Origin: Octopus vulgaris
Taxonomy: Eukaryota
Length of the DNA stretch: 64,000 bases
Assembly (NCBI GenBank): GCA_951406725.2
Contig: OX597842.1
Coordinates: 19,964,001-20,028,000, forward strand
Direction of reading: 5' to 3'
Below, in pieces: positions 25,726-40,702 of this stretch. Position 1 is the stretch's first letter. Each line of letters starts with the position of its first letter. The notes beneath the pieces are model-generated. The model was not told the origin of the DNA, did no database searches, and saw only the letters and a program-made list of their open reading frames with translations. The position numbers were made by a program, and so were the translations under genes.

Positions 25726-28159
25726 GATCTGTAAAAGTAATTTTCTAAAATTGAAAAACAACAAAAATTATTTCAGTTACACAAAGTTTACAACAACGAA
25801 CCAATGGCGGATATCTAATTAATTAAAAGTCTAGACAAAATAGCTGGGAAATTGCAAATCCAATTATACAGGTTAATCCAGTTATACAAGCGCAGGAGTG
25901 GCTGTGTGGTAAGTAGCTTGTCTACCAACCACATGGTTCCAGGTTCAGTCCCACTGCGTGGCACCTTGGGCAAGTGTCTTCTACTATAGCCTCGGGCCGA
26001 CCAAAGCCTTGTGAGTGGATTTGGTAGACGGAAACTGAAAAGAAGCCTGTCGTATATATTTATATATATTTATATATCTGTTTGTGTGTCTGTGTTTGTC
26101 CCCCCTAGCATCGCTTGACAACCGATGCTGGTGTGTTTATGTCCCCGTTACTTAGCGGTTCGGCAAAAGAGGCCGATTGAATAAGTACTGGGCTTACAAA
26201 AGAATAAGTCCCGGGGTCGATTTGCTTCTAGTTTGAAGCATTCAATATACATTGAATGTGTTAGCAGGAACTTAAAAGATTTATCCAAAAACGTTATTTA
26301 GCTGTTATTTTTAGCACACCTCACAACAACCTCAATAACAAAAAGAAGCGTGGGATCTTTTCGGTTTGAACGGCAGTTTTTTCTAGCAGTGTCATATGAA
26401 ATTGTCACCCATAATTATGACCCTAGTATCGATCTATTGCATTTCAATCTGTTTTAGGGTTAGGGTTAGAAATGTAAATAAACCCAATCTGTTTCTTAAA
26501 CGAGGGACATATTCATACGGCACAGAATGTTTTCACCTCAATAGACGTCATTGATTGGTTGAAATTGCAGACATTGAAGAAAAAAAAATTACAAATATCT
26601 TACAACCTATAGAATTTTCTCAATAAAGCCAAGAGAAAAAGATGTCTTATAAACACATTCTACCAGTATACGAAGTTTAAAAGTGTTTAGTTACGTGGAA
26701 ATTATTTAAAAAAACTGCCGGTCAAACCGAAAAGATCCCAAATATCTTACAAACTATAGAATTTTCTCAATAAAGCCAAGAGAAAAAGATGTTTTATAAA
26801 CACATTCTACCAGTATACAAAGTTTAAAAGTGTTTAGTTACGTGGAACCTATTGAGGTAAAAAAAACATTCTGTGCCGTATGAATATGTCCTTCGTTTAA
26901 GAAACAGATTGGGTTAATTTACATTTGTGAAGGAAAAAAGATACCCTTTCCCTAACCCTAAAACAGATTGAAATGCAATAGATCGATACTAGGGTCATAA
27001 TTATGGGTGACAATTTCATATGACTCCGCTAGGAAAAACTGCCGTTCAAACCGAAAAGATCCGTTTCAGCTAATTTAGAAAACCGAACATATATTTTTTT
27101 ATTGCCCACAAGGGACTAAACATAGAGGGGACAAACAATGACAGACAAACGGATTAAGTCGATTATATCGACCCAGTGCGAAACTGGTACTTTATTTATC
27201 GATCCCGAGAGGATGAAAGGCAAAGTCGACCCCGGCGGAATTTGAACTCAGAACGTAAAGACAGACGAAATACAGCTAAGCATTTCGCCCGGCTGCGCTA
27301 ACGTTTCTGCCAGCTCACCTGTCTTTCTATCAAACCTGGTATACTCTTTTACTCTTTTACTTGTTTCAGTCATTTGACCGCGGCCATGCTGGAGCACCGT
27401 CTTTTAGTCGAGCAAATCGACCCCGGGACTTATTCTTTGTAAGCCCAGTACTTATACTATCGGTCTCTTTTGCCGAACCGCTAAGTAACGGGGACGTAAA
27501 CACACCAGCATCGGTTGTCAAGCAATGCTAGGGGGACAAACACACACAAACATATACACACACGTACATATATATATATATATACATATATACGACAGGC
27601 TTCTTTCAGTTTCCGTCTACCAAATCCACTTACAAGGCTTTGGTAAGCCCGAGGCTATAGTAGAAGACACTTGCCCAAGATGCCACGCAGTGGGACTGAA
27701 CCCGGAACCATGTGGTTGGTTAGCAAGCTACTTACCACACATCTCAACACCTGGCATAAAACCATCTCCCTCTCTACATAGAAAGCCGCGTTATTTTGGC
27801 AATTCCAGTTCGAATTTAATTAACCGTCAGTTTAGTTCAAATGCATTTCAACTAATAAACGCAGAACTGTTAATGACCATCCAGGGTCAATATAAAGACC
27901 CTTTTTTTTTTTTTACAGGATCTCACGATTTTGGTTATGGAGGGATCCAATACCGAAAAAGAAATTTTTTTTCAAACAATCGCATTTTCAAAATTCCGAT
28001 ATCGCTCCAAGAATTTTTTGCGAAATACGTAGCAAAATAAAACTATGATTCTGAAAATTGGCTTGTAAAATTTAAATTTTTCAAAAACAATATATATATG
28101 GCGGTGCCCCAACATGGCCACAGCTCATAAGCTGAAACTAGAATCAATCAATCAATATA

Positions 28160-28518
28160 TGCGTGGTGCCTAGGACTCCAAATTTGCCATCAAGATGTAG
28201 GACAAGATACTGTGATAGCCTGGGCTTCCGAAGCCCACAGCTCTTCAATATCCTCCCGAAGAACCTGAGAGACCTGCATGGGGTGGATGCAGATGTCTTT
28301 AAAATGAAACTGGATCTCTTCCTGTCAGGTGTCCCAGATGAACCAACTTCACGGCAGGAGGTGCAGATGAGGGCAGCTGCATCGAACTCTCTCATGCACC
28401 AAATGGCAGTTGCTAAAAAGCTTTCGTGAAGTAAAACCAAGTAGCAACACCAAATGGCGGTGCCCCAGCATGGCCACAGCTCATGAGCTGAAACTAGAAT
28501 CAATCAATCAATCAATCA
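28160..28518 (+). mobile_element. LINE 3' end with (ATCA)n tail (duplicate at 33637-33995)
   Basis: GPQLFNILPKNLR..FKMKLDLFLSGVPDEP C-terminus; tail shared with SINE A. Confidence 0.8.
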
Positions 28519-28903
28519 TATATATATATATGTAGCTTGCTTGCCAACCACATGGTTCCGGGTTCAGTCCCGCTGCGTGGCACCTTGGGCAAGTGTCTTC
28601 TACAATAGCCTCGGGCCGACCAAAGCCTTGTGAGTGGATTTGGTAGACGGAAACATGAAAGAAGCCCCTCGAATATATACATATATGTATGTGTGTGTGT
28701 GTGTGTGTGTGCGTGTTTGTCCCCCTAGCATTGCTTGACAATCGATGCTGGTGTGTTTATGTCCCCGTCACTTATCGGTTCGGCAAAAGAGACCGATAGA
28801 ATAAGTACTGGGCTTACAAAGAATAAGTCCCGGGGTCGAGTTGCTCGACTAAAGGCGGTGCTCCAGCATGGCCGCAGTCAAATGACTGAAACAAGTAAAA
28901 GAG

Positions 28904-28966
<63 letters not shown>

Positions 28967-28976
28967 GTATATATGT

Positions 28977-29019
<43 letters not shown>

Positions 29020-29337
29020 ATGCAATACAAAGTATTGCCTTCCAGTAAAAAGTAGCCCGTGAGGGAAAAATACACAAATTAGTAAATAAAAGCAAAATGT
29101 GGGTGAGAGACATATCTTGCAAAACCTGAAACCTGCAGGTACCACATTATCCATTTTCCGGGTGTTTCATCTTTCAGATGTTCTCCCTGGAGGTAAGACG
29201 GTTTTTTCTCCCTATTTTGTTGCACACACGCATTTTTGCTAATACATACGCGGTGAAGCTACACATTAGCGTCGTATTTTTACGTTCGCTATTTCCAGTA
29301 AATATCGGTACTTAGTTGTGCCATTTATTTACTAATT

Positions 29338-29394
<57 letters not shown>

Positions 29395-29501
29395 TTATAT
29401 ATATATATATATATATGTGTTTATATATATATATATATGTATGTGTTTATATATATATATATATATATGTGTTTATATATATATATATATATATATGTGT
29501 T

Positions 29502-29532
<31 letters not shown>

Positions 29533-29564
29533 TTATATATATATATATATATATATATATTAAT

Positions 29565-29841
29565 AATAATGCCGTCTATATAATATAAATAAATATATTC
29601 AAGTGAAAAAATTTACAGATTTTTTCTCTTATAAGGTTTTTCACGCTAACTACCTGATAATTTCTTATTAACATTTTATCCTATTTTTTAAATATATATA
29701 TATATATATAGATATGATTTAAAAATAGGATAAAATCTTCATAAGAAATTATCAGGTCGCGTGAAAAACCTTATAAGAGAAAAAATCTGTAAATTTTTCC
29801 ACTTGAATATATTTATTTATATTATATAGACGGCATTATTA
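29565..29841. repeat. Hairpin with ~125-bp arms and (TA)n loop (duplicate ~34957-35231)
   Basis: TAATAATGCCGTCTATATAAT.. / ..ATTATATAGACGGCATTATTA. Confidence 0.85.
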
Positions 29842-31511
29842 CACATAAATGCCGCATTCGGTACGATACGTTTATTTTGGTAGTTTTGACTTTAAGAGTC
29901 CCTCCTAGCGTGTGGCATTTATGTGTAATAATGCCCTCTATATAATATAATTATATATATATACCAACAATTGAGGAACGGCCTCAATAGGCCATTCATC
30001 CCATTAGAAAGAGCAGCCAGGACTCCAAGTTGAATTTATTTATAGCCTCTGACTATTTCCTCTTTCTCACTAGACCGCTGGTGGCAAAATAATTTCTATT
30101 GAATTTCTTGCTACCCTAAATTGATTAATTGAATATATATATATATATATATATGTATGTATATACCTTCAAGCAGGCGAGCCACATGCTAGAAATAACG
30201 GCCAAATCTCACAAAACTGCGATAACATAATGGACCTACTAACCTCTCTGCAAAGGGGGCCTTTCCTTCGTTTTAACTGGACAATTCACTTTGGATATCT
30301 TCGTGACCTCCGTGACAAGTGTGCGGGTTCTGTTTTTAAGTATCTACGTGTTGTGGGATATAGATATAAACGAAATTATGCCAGTAAAAAGCCTTGCATC
30401 TTAGACATTCTTACGGCTCGGCATTCAGTGGTTTGTAGTGTTCTTGTGCCGAAAGCAAATTCTCAGTTCACGAAGATATCATTTGAATTGTCACGAAAAC
30501 AAAACCGGTCTTGTGACGGTTTTATTCCATTTAAAACGAAGGAACGCCCTGCAAAAGATATCTTCGGAAAGACCTCGGCTTTTTGGGTTTTATTTTTAGT
30601 GGTGGGAAGGGCAGAAGTCTAAGAAATTCAAGTGAAATTGAAGTATTTTTTGTGAGATTTGGCTGCCATTTCTAGCATGTGGATAGCCTCCATGAAGATA
30701 CATACACACATATGGTACTAGTCGTGACTAATCGATCCTACAACGACTAGCAAAGTAAATAAAACACAAAGGATCGATTAGTCATGAGTAGCTAGTGCGG
30801 ATGCGCGACTACGCGCACAGGGACCACTGTTCTCAAGTAGTACCCACACACACATATATATACTCTTTTACTTGTTTCAGTCATCTGACTGCGGCCATGC
30901 TGGAGCCCTGGGACCATCAGCGCGCAATTCGGCGTAACTTCGGTATAGGTACCGGATACATTTCAAGAAAGTGTTTTTTTTTAATATATATATATAGGGG
31001 GTTAGGGGTGGGAGAAAAGGGCTTCTGTTATCTTCAGAAATGTAAAGAAAGCCAACCCCGGGACTTATTCTATCGGTCTCTTTTTGCCGAACCGCTAAGT
31101 TACGGGGACATAAACACACCAGCATCGGTTGTCAAGCAATGCTAGGGGGACAAACACAGACACACACGCATATATATACATACGACGGGCTTCTTTCAGT
31201 TTCCGTCTACCAAATCCACTCACAAGGCTTTGGTCAGTCCGAGGGTATAGTAGAAGACACTTGCCCAAGGTGCCAATCATGTGGTTGGTTAGCAAGCTAC
31301 TTACCAAACAGCCACTCCTACGCCTATATATATATATATATACATGTATACGACAGGCTTCTTTCAGTTTCTGTCTACCAAATCCACTCACAAGGCATTG
31401 GTCGGCCCGGGGCTATAGCAGAAGACACTTGCCCAAAATGCCACGCAGTGGGACTGAACCCGGAACCATGTGGTTGGTTAGCAAGCTACTTACCAAACAG
31501 CCACTCCTACG

Positions 31512-31563
<52 letters not shown>

Positions 31564-34372
31564 TACGACAGGCTTCTTTCAGTTTCTGTCTACCAAATCC
31601 ACTCACAAGGCATTGGTCGGCCCGGGGCTATAGCGGAAGACACTTGCCCAAAATGCCACGCAGTGGGACTGAACCCGGAACCATGTGGTTAGCAAGCTAC
31701 TTACCACACAGCCACTCCTGCGCCTATAAATCTGTTTCAGAATCGCTAACTTATTTCTCTACGTATTTCGAAAAAAAAACCCCAAAAAACTCCGGGACGG
31801 GTTAACTTTGAAAACGCAATTTTTTTAAAAATTCCTTTCGAAATGGGACCCTCCATAACCAAAACGTGCGATTCCGTAAAAAAAAAAAAACCTCACTTAT
31901 TTTACCGGAAAAATCGGATCCTACGAATTTCCGAAAGCCCCCACCCTACCCCAGGGACCGTCAGCGCGCAGTTTGGCGTAACTTCGGTATAGGTACCGGA
32001 TACACTATATACTTTTCTAAATATATATAGTGCGTTAGAAAAGGGCTTCTGTTATCTTCAGAAATGTAAAGAAAGCCAACTCCGGCACTTATGGTACCTA
32101 TACCGAAGGATCGCCCGCTAGGCTGGTTTATATTTTCTAGTTCCTCGTTGAAAGTCCTTTTATTGACCCGCAAATGCATCTTAACCAATCCATATTAATC
32201 TTACGATAGAAAAGTTACTCTCAGAAAATGAACAAACAGAAGCGATTAGCATCTCAACGATCGAAAGAGAATAGTCAGGATTTACAGAAAAAAATAAATT
32301 CGTTTGCGCAATCTCTCTCTATATAAAGCTGAAGTTGTCTGTGTGTGGTAGGTTTGGTAGCCTTCAACTAACACTATCTCCTCCGAGACCCTGCGGCGCA
32401 AGTTGACCTAAATTGAGAGTATGATAGAAGAAGGCTTGCTCTTCCTTCCGTAGAAGAAAAAATTCAAATCGGACCATGTTAACACCAAAAATTATTTACA
32501 TCAAAAAGGTGCTTTTTTCGGTAAAATTACAGATTAACACCCGCACGATTTTCACTAAGAAAAAAAAAAAAAACTCGGCTTTTTTGCGTGGAATCAAGTA
32601 CCCTGACCTCCTAATATGCTGCAAATCCCATATTTTGGTCCGGAAAGGGGGGGTACACCCCCTGGAATTTTCACATGGAAAAAAAAAATTAGATTTTTTG
32701 CGTGGAATCAAGTAACCTGACCTCAAAAACAAAAAAAAAACCGAATTTTTTAGATACCTTTCTGCTTTTTAAGACAATAAAGTGATATTGGAGGGAAATC
32801 TGGCTGCTATTTCTAGCTGCCTGAATGACAACATAGCGATTTACAGATAAATGAATTAATTACTATTTTACAGAATAAAAGTAATGAATTAATTATATAA
32901 ATTAAATAATTCTTGAAAATTAATTAATATTAATAATATTTTTTGAACAAAGTAAATAATTTATAAAACTTGGTTAATAATTTTTTTACACAAACGCGAA
33001 CGTATATAATTTGTGAAACTTTTTTTTTACAGACGTATATAATTTGGTAAACTTAATGAATTAATTTCTTCTCATCATCATCGTTTAACGTCCGTTCTCC
33101 ATGCCAGCATGGGCTGGACGGTTCGACCGGGGATCTGGGAAGCCAGAAGGCTGCACCAGACTCCAGTCTTATCTGGCAATGTTTCTACAGCTGGATGCCC
33201 TTCCTAATGCCAACCACTCCGAGAGTGTAGTGGGTGCTTTTTACATGCCACCCGCACAGGTGCCAGTCGAGGCGGCTCTGGCATCGGCCACGATTCGGAT
33301 AGTGCTTTTTTACGTACCACCAGTCCAGGGGTCCTGGCATCTGCCGGGTGCCACACTTGCCCCAACAGGTCTTCGCAAGCAAAGGGGTTGGCATGGGTGC
33401 CTGTCGTGGGATGAGGTTCGATATCAACTTCGCTTGCCACAACAGGTCTTTGTGTATAAATGTATAAATTTTTCGCACTAAATTCTTTCCGTAGAATTTA
33501 TCAAAAAACGCGCAAAATTATTCCGTAGAATTTATCAAATTAAAAAACGCAAAATTAATATATTTTTTGAAATTGCAAATTATTTAGAATATAAAACAAA
33601 TGAAGTTAAATTTTAAAAATAAATGTCATCAATATATGCGTGGTGCCTAGGACTCCAAATTTGCCATCAAGGTGTAGGACAAGATACTGTGATAGCCTGG
33701 GCTTCCGAGGCCCACAGCTCTTCAATATCCTCCCGAAGAACCTGAGAGACCTGCATGGGGTGGATGCAGATGTCTTTAAAATGAAACTGGATCTCTTCCT
33801 GTCAGGTGTCCCAGATGAACCAACTTCACGGCAGGAGGTGCAGATGAGGACAGCTGCATCGAACTCTCTCATGCACCAAATGGCAGTTGCTAAAAAGCTT
33901 TCGTGAAGTAAAACCAAGTAGCAACACCAAATGGCGGTGCCCCAGCATGGCCACAGCTCATGAGCTGAAACTAGAATCAATCAATCAATCAATCATATAT
34001 ATATATGTAGCTTGCTTGCCAACCACATGGTTCCGGGTTCAGTCCCGCTGCGTGGCACCTTGGGCAAGTGTCTTCTACAATAGCCTCGGGCCGACCAAAG
34101 CCTTGTGAGTGGATTTGGTAGACGGAAACATGAAAGAAGCCCCTCGAATATATACATATATGTATGTGTGTGTGTGTGTGCGTGTTTGTCCCCCTAGCAT
34201 TGCTTGACAACCGATGCTGGTGTGTTTATGTCCCCGTCACTTATCGGTTCGGCAAAAGAGACCGATATAATAAGTACTGGGCTTACAAAGAATAAGTCCC
34301 GGGGTCGAGTTGCTCGACTAAAGGTGGTGCTCCAGCATGGCCGCAGTCAAATGACTGAAACAAGTAAAAGAG

Positions 34373-34445
<73 letters not shown>

Positions 34446-34450
34446 GTGTT

Positions 34451-34530
<80 letters not shown>

Positions 34531-34889
34531 TATATATGTGTTTATATATATATATATATATATATATCAGTAATGCAATACAAAGTATTGCCTTCCAGTA
34601 AAAAGTAGCCCGTGAGGGAAAAATACACAAATTAGTAAATAAAAGCAAAATGTGGGTGAGAGACATATCTTGCAAAACCTGAAACCTGCAGGTACCACAT
34701 TATCCATTTTCCGGGTGTTTCATCTTTAAGATGTTCTCCCTGGAGGTAAGACGGTTTTTTTCTCTACTTTGTTGCACACACGCATTTTTGCTAATACATA
34801 CGCGGTGAAGCTACACATTAGCGTCGTAATTTTACGTTCGCTATTTCCAGTAAATATCGGTACTTAGTTGTGCCATTTATTTACTAATT

Positions 34890-34953
<64 letters not shown>

Positions 34954-37900
34954 AATAATAATGCCGTCTATATAATATAAATAAATATATTCAAGTGAAA
35001 AAATTTACAGATTTTTCTCTTATAAGGTTTTTTCACGCTAACTACCTGATAATTTCTTATTAACATTTTATCCTATTTTTTAAATATATATATATATATA
35101 GATATGATTTAAAAATAGGATAAAATCTTCATAAGAAATTATCAGGTCGCGTGAAAAACCTTATAAGAGAAAAATCTGTAAATTTTTTCCACTTGAATAT
35201 ATTTATTTATATTATATAGACGGCATTATTACACATAAATGCCGCATTCGGTACGATACGTTTATTTTGGTAGTTTTGACTTTAAGAGTCCCTCCTAGCG
35301 TGTGGCATTTATGTGTAATAATGCCCTCTATATAATATAATTATATATATATACCAACAATTGAGGAACGGCCTCAATAGGCCATTCATCCCATTAGAAA
35401 GAGCAGCCAGGACTCCAAGTTGAATTTATTTATAGCCTCTGACTATTTCCTCTTTCTCACTAGACCGCTGGTGGCAAAATAATTTCTATTGAATTTCTTG
35501 CTACCCTGAATTGATTAATTGAATATATATATATATATATGTATGTATATACCTTCAAGCAGGCGAGCCACATGCTAGAAATAACGGCCAAATCTCACAA
35601 AACTGCGATAACATAATGGACCTACTAACCTCTCTGCAAAGGGGGCCTTTCCTTCGTTTCAACTGGACAATTCACTTTGGATATCTTCGTGACCTCCGTG
35701 ACAAGTGTGCGGGTTCTGTTTTTAAGTATCTACGTGTTGTGGGATATAGATATAAACGAAATTATGCCAGTAAAAAGCCTTGCATCTTAGACATTCTTAC
35801 GGCTCGGCATTCAGTGGTTTGTAGTGTTCTTGTGCCGAAAGCAAATTCTCAGTTCACGAAGATATCATTTGAATTGTCACGAAAAAAAAACCGGTCTTGT
35901 GATGGTTTTATTCCATTTAAAACGAAGGAACGCCCTGCAAAAGATATCTTCGGAAAGACCTCGGCTTTTTGGGTTTTATTTTTAGTGGTGGGAAGGGCAG
36001 AAGTCTAAGAAATTCAAGTGAAATTGAAGTATTTTTTGTGAGATTTGGCTGCCATTTCTAGCATGTGGATAGCCTCTATGAAGATACATACACACATATG
36101 GTACTAGTCGTGACTAATCGATCCTACAACGACTAGCAAAGTAAATAAAACACAAAGGATCGATTAGTCATGAGTAGCTAGTGCGGATGCGCGACTACGC
36201 GCACAGGGACCACTGTTCTCAAGTAGTACCCACACACACACACATATATATACTCTTTTACTTGTTTCAGTCATCTGACTGCGGCCATGCTGGAGCCCTG
36301 GGACCATCAACGCGCAATTCGGCGTAACTTCGGTATAGGTACCGGATACATTTCAAGAAAGTGTTTTTTTTTAATATATATATATAGGGGGTTAGGGGTG
36401 GGAGAAAAGGGCTTCTGTTATCTTCAGAAATGTAAAGAAAGCCAACCCCGGGACTTATTCTATCGGTCTCTTTTTGCCGAACCGCTAAGTTACGGGGACA
36501 TAAACACACCAGCATCGGTTGTCAAGCAATGCTAGGGGGACAAACACAGACACACACGCATATATATATATACATACGACGGGCTTCTTTCAGTTTCCGT
36601 CTACCAAATCCACTCACAAGGCTTTGGTCAGTCCGAGGGTATAGTAGAAGACACTTGCCCAAGGTGCCAATCATGTGGTTGGTTAGCAAGCTACTTACCA
36701 AACAGCCACTCCTACGCCTATATATATATATATACATGTATACGACAGGCTTCTTTCAGTTTCTGTCTACCAAATCCACTCACAAGGCATTGGTCGCCCC
36801 GGGGCTATAGCAGAAGACACTTGCCCAAAATGCCACGCAGTGGGACTGAACCCGGAACCATGTGGTTGGTTAGCAAGCTACTTACCAAACAGCCACTCCT
36901 ACGCCTATATATATATATATATATATACATATATACGACAGGCTTCTTTCAGTTTCTGTCTACCAAATCCACTCACAAGGCATTGGTCGGCCCGGGGCTA
37001 TAGCAGAAGACACTTGCCCAAAATGCCACGCAGTGGGACTGAACCCGGAACCATGTGGTTGGTTAGCAAGCTACTTACCAAACAGCCACTCCTACGCCTA
37101 TATATATATATATATATATATACATATATACGACAGGCTTCTTTCAGTTTCTGTCTACCAAATCCACTCACAAGGCATTGGTCGGCCCGGGGCTATAGCG
37201 GAAGACACTTGCCCAAAATGCCACGCAGTGGGACTGAACCCGGAACCATGTGGTTAGCAAGCTACTTACCACACAGCCACTCCTGCGCCTATAAATCTGT
37301 TTCAGAATCGCTAACTTATTTCTCTACGTATTTCGAAAAAAAACTCCGGGACGGGTTAACTTTGAAAACGCAATTTTTTTAAAAATTCCTTTCGAAATGG
37401 GACCCTCCATAACCAAAACGTGCGATTCCGTAAAAAAAAAACCTCACTTATTTTACCGGAAAAATCGGATCCTACGAATTTTCCGAAAGCCCCACCCTAC
37501 CCCAGGGACCGTCAGCGCGCAGTTTGGCGTAACTTCGGTATAGGTACCGGATACACTATATACTTTTCTAAATATATATAGGGCGTTAGAAAAGGGCTTC
37601 TGTTATCTTCAGAAATGTAAAGAAAGCCAACTCCGGCACTTATGGTACCTATACCGAAGGATCGCCCGCAGTTTTTCTCATATTCCTATTCCACACTTGC
37701 TAACACCCGCTAGGCTGGTTTATATTCTCTTGTTCCCCGTTGAAAGTCTTTTTATTGACCCGCAAATGCATCTTAACCAATCCATATTAATCTTACGATA
37801 GAAAAGTTAATCTCAGAAAATGAACAAACAGAAGCGATTAGCATCTCAACGATCGAAAGAGAATAGTCAGGATTTACAGAAAAAAATAAATTCGTTTGCG

Positions 37901-39654
37901 CAATCTCTCTATATATAAAGCTGAAGTTGTCTGTGTGTGGTAGGTTTGGTAGCCTTCAACTAACACTATCTCCTCCGAGACCCTGCGGCGCAAGTTGACC
38001 AAAATTGAGAGTATGATAGAAGAAGGCTTGCTCTTCCTTCCGTAGAAGAAAAAATTCAAATCGGACCATGTTAACACCAAAAATTATTTACATCAAAAAG
38101 GTGCTTTTTTCGGTAAAATTACAGATTAACAACCGCACGATTTTCACTAAGAAAAAAAAAAAAAAAAACTCGGCTTTTTTGCGTGGAATCAAGTACCCTG
38201 ACCTCCTAATATGCTGCAATCCCATATGCTGCAAATCCCAGAATAAAATTAATTAATAATATTTTTTGAACAAAGTAAATAATTTATAAAACTTGGTTAA
38301 TAATTTTTTTTACACAAACGCGAACGTATATAATTTGTGAAACTTTTTTTTACAGACGTATATAATTTGGTAAACTTAATGAATTAATTTCTTCTCATCA
38401 TCATCATCGTTTAACGTCCGTTCTCCATGCCAGCATGGGTTGGACGGTTCGACCGGGGATCTGGGAAGCCAGAAGGCTGCACCAGACTCCAGTCTTATCT
38501 GGCAATGTTTCTACAGCTGGATGCCCTTCCTAACGCCAACCACTCCGAGAGTGTAGTTTGTGCTTTTTACATGCCACCCGCACAGGTGCCAGGCGAGGCT
38601 GGCAACGGCCACGGTCGGATTGGTGCCAGTCGAGGCGGCTCTGGCATCGGCCACGATTCGGATAGTGCTTTTACGTACCACCAGCCCAGGGGTCCTGGCA
38701 TCTGCCGGGTGCCACACTTGCCCCAACATGTCTTCGCAAGCAAAGGGGGTTGGCATGGGTGCCTGTCGTGGGATGAGGTTCGATATCAACTTCGCTTGCC
38801 ACAACAGGTCTTTGTGTATAAATGTATAATTTTTTCGCACTAAATTCTTTCCGTAGAATTTATCAAATTAAAAAACGCAAAATTAATATATTTTTTGAAA
38901 TTGCAAATTATTTAGAATATAAAACAAATGAAGTTAAATTTTAAAAATAAATGTCATATACTTATACTCTGTAAGGTGCTGTGTTCACACTTCAATTTAC
39001 TATTTTTTTCATATTCGTTTAGAGGAAGTTTTTTTAACACCTATTACACAAATTTTTATTTTGTTTATTTGACCGGGTTTAACCGCTATTTCTTTATTAC
39101 CCATAAGGGTTTACATAGATGGGGACAATACAATGATTTGGGGTCATGAAATGGAACTATTTACAGTGAAATCGAATGGATCATTTACAATGAAAATGAA
39201 ATTGAATGAGTCACAAGAACAAAAAGGGACGGACATATGAAGTCAAAAGAACAGGATAGCCGACCCTACGAGCCCTGTTATTTAAACTGAAACCTTTTGG
39301 TAAGTGATCATAGCGTGTTCATGCAGGGCCTTTCACACCTAGCATCCGTGCAACACGCATCCATCTTTTTTGAATACAGACACCTTTTCTCTAGCCCCAC
39401 CTTCCTTTTCAGATGGAACCTAAAGTCCGTTAGGGCGGTGCCAGATATCATAGTGTCTGCCATTATACCTTTCACTAACCTCTTTCGCAACTGCTACTAT
39501 CACGAGAAAGCAATGCTTACCTTCGTTCGTCATGGAACCAGGCGGGTCAATTTTTAAGATTGACTCAGACGACAGCTGTACTCTCCTTCCGTCCGACAAC
39601 ACAAGATGAAGCACATTGCGATTTAGAAGAGTTGACTTAAATTAAAAAGTGGGT

Positions 39655-39670
39655 GGCCCTGAAAAGGGCC
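39655..39670 (-). terminator. Histone mRNA 3' stem-loop (H4 copy 1)
   Basis: GGCCCTTTTCAGGGCC followed by ACCCA. Confidence 0.95.
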
Positions 39671-39702
39671 GGTATGTTTCAAAGAAGCTTAAGGTTCTTA
39701 GC

Positions 39703-40702
<1,000 letters not shown>

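Larger units (their letters stand above)
28151..38958. repeat. Near-identical tandem duplication of ~5.4 kb (28151-33627 / 33628-38958)
   Basis: Paired ORFs 28163/33640 and 30230/35616; junction AAATGTCAT|CAATATATGCG. Confidence 0.92.

Noticed and set aside
30230-30622. 130-aa ORF present twice
   Set aside because: Conservation is explained by the recent duplication; no recognisable domain; flanked by inverted repeat fragments
31014-31060. AAAAGGGCTTCTGT resembling the U11 snRNA 5' end
   Set aside because: The match does not extend, there is no Sm site or structure, and it lies in a recurring repeat fragment
34283-34675. Signal-peptide-like MSLTHILLLFTNLC ORF and YIYI/CVCV ORFs
   Set aside because: No good in-phase donor; the rest is microsatellite translation
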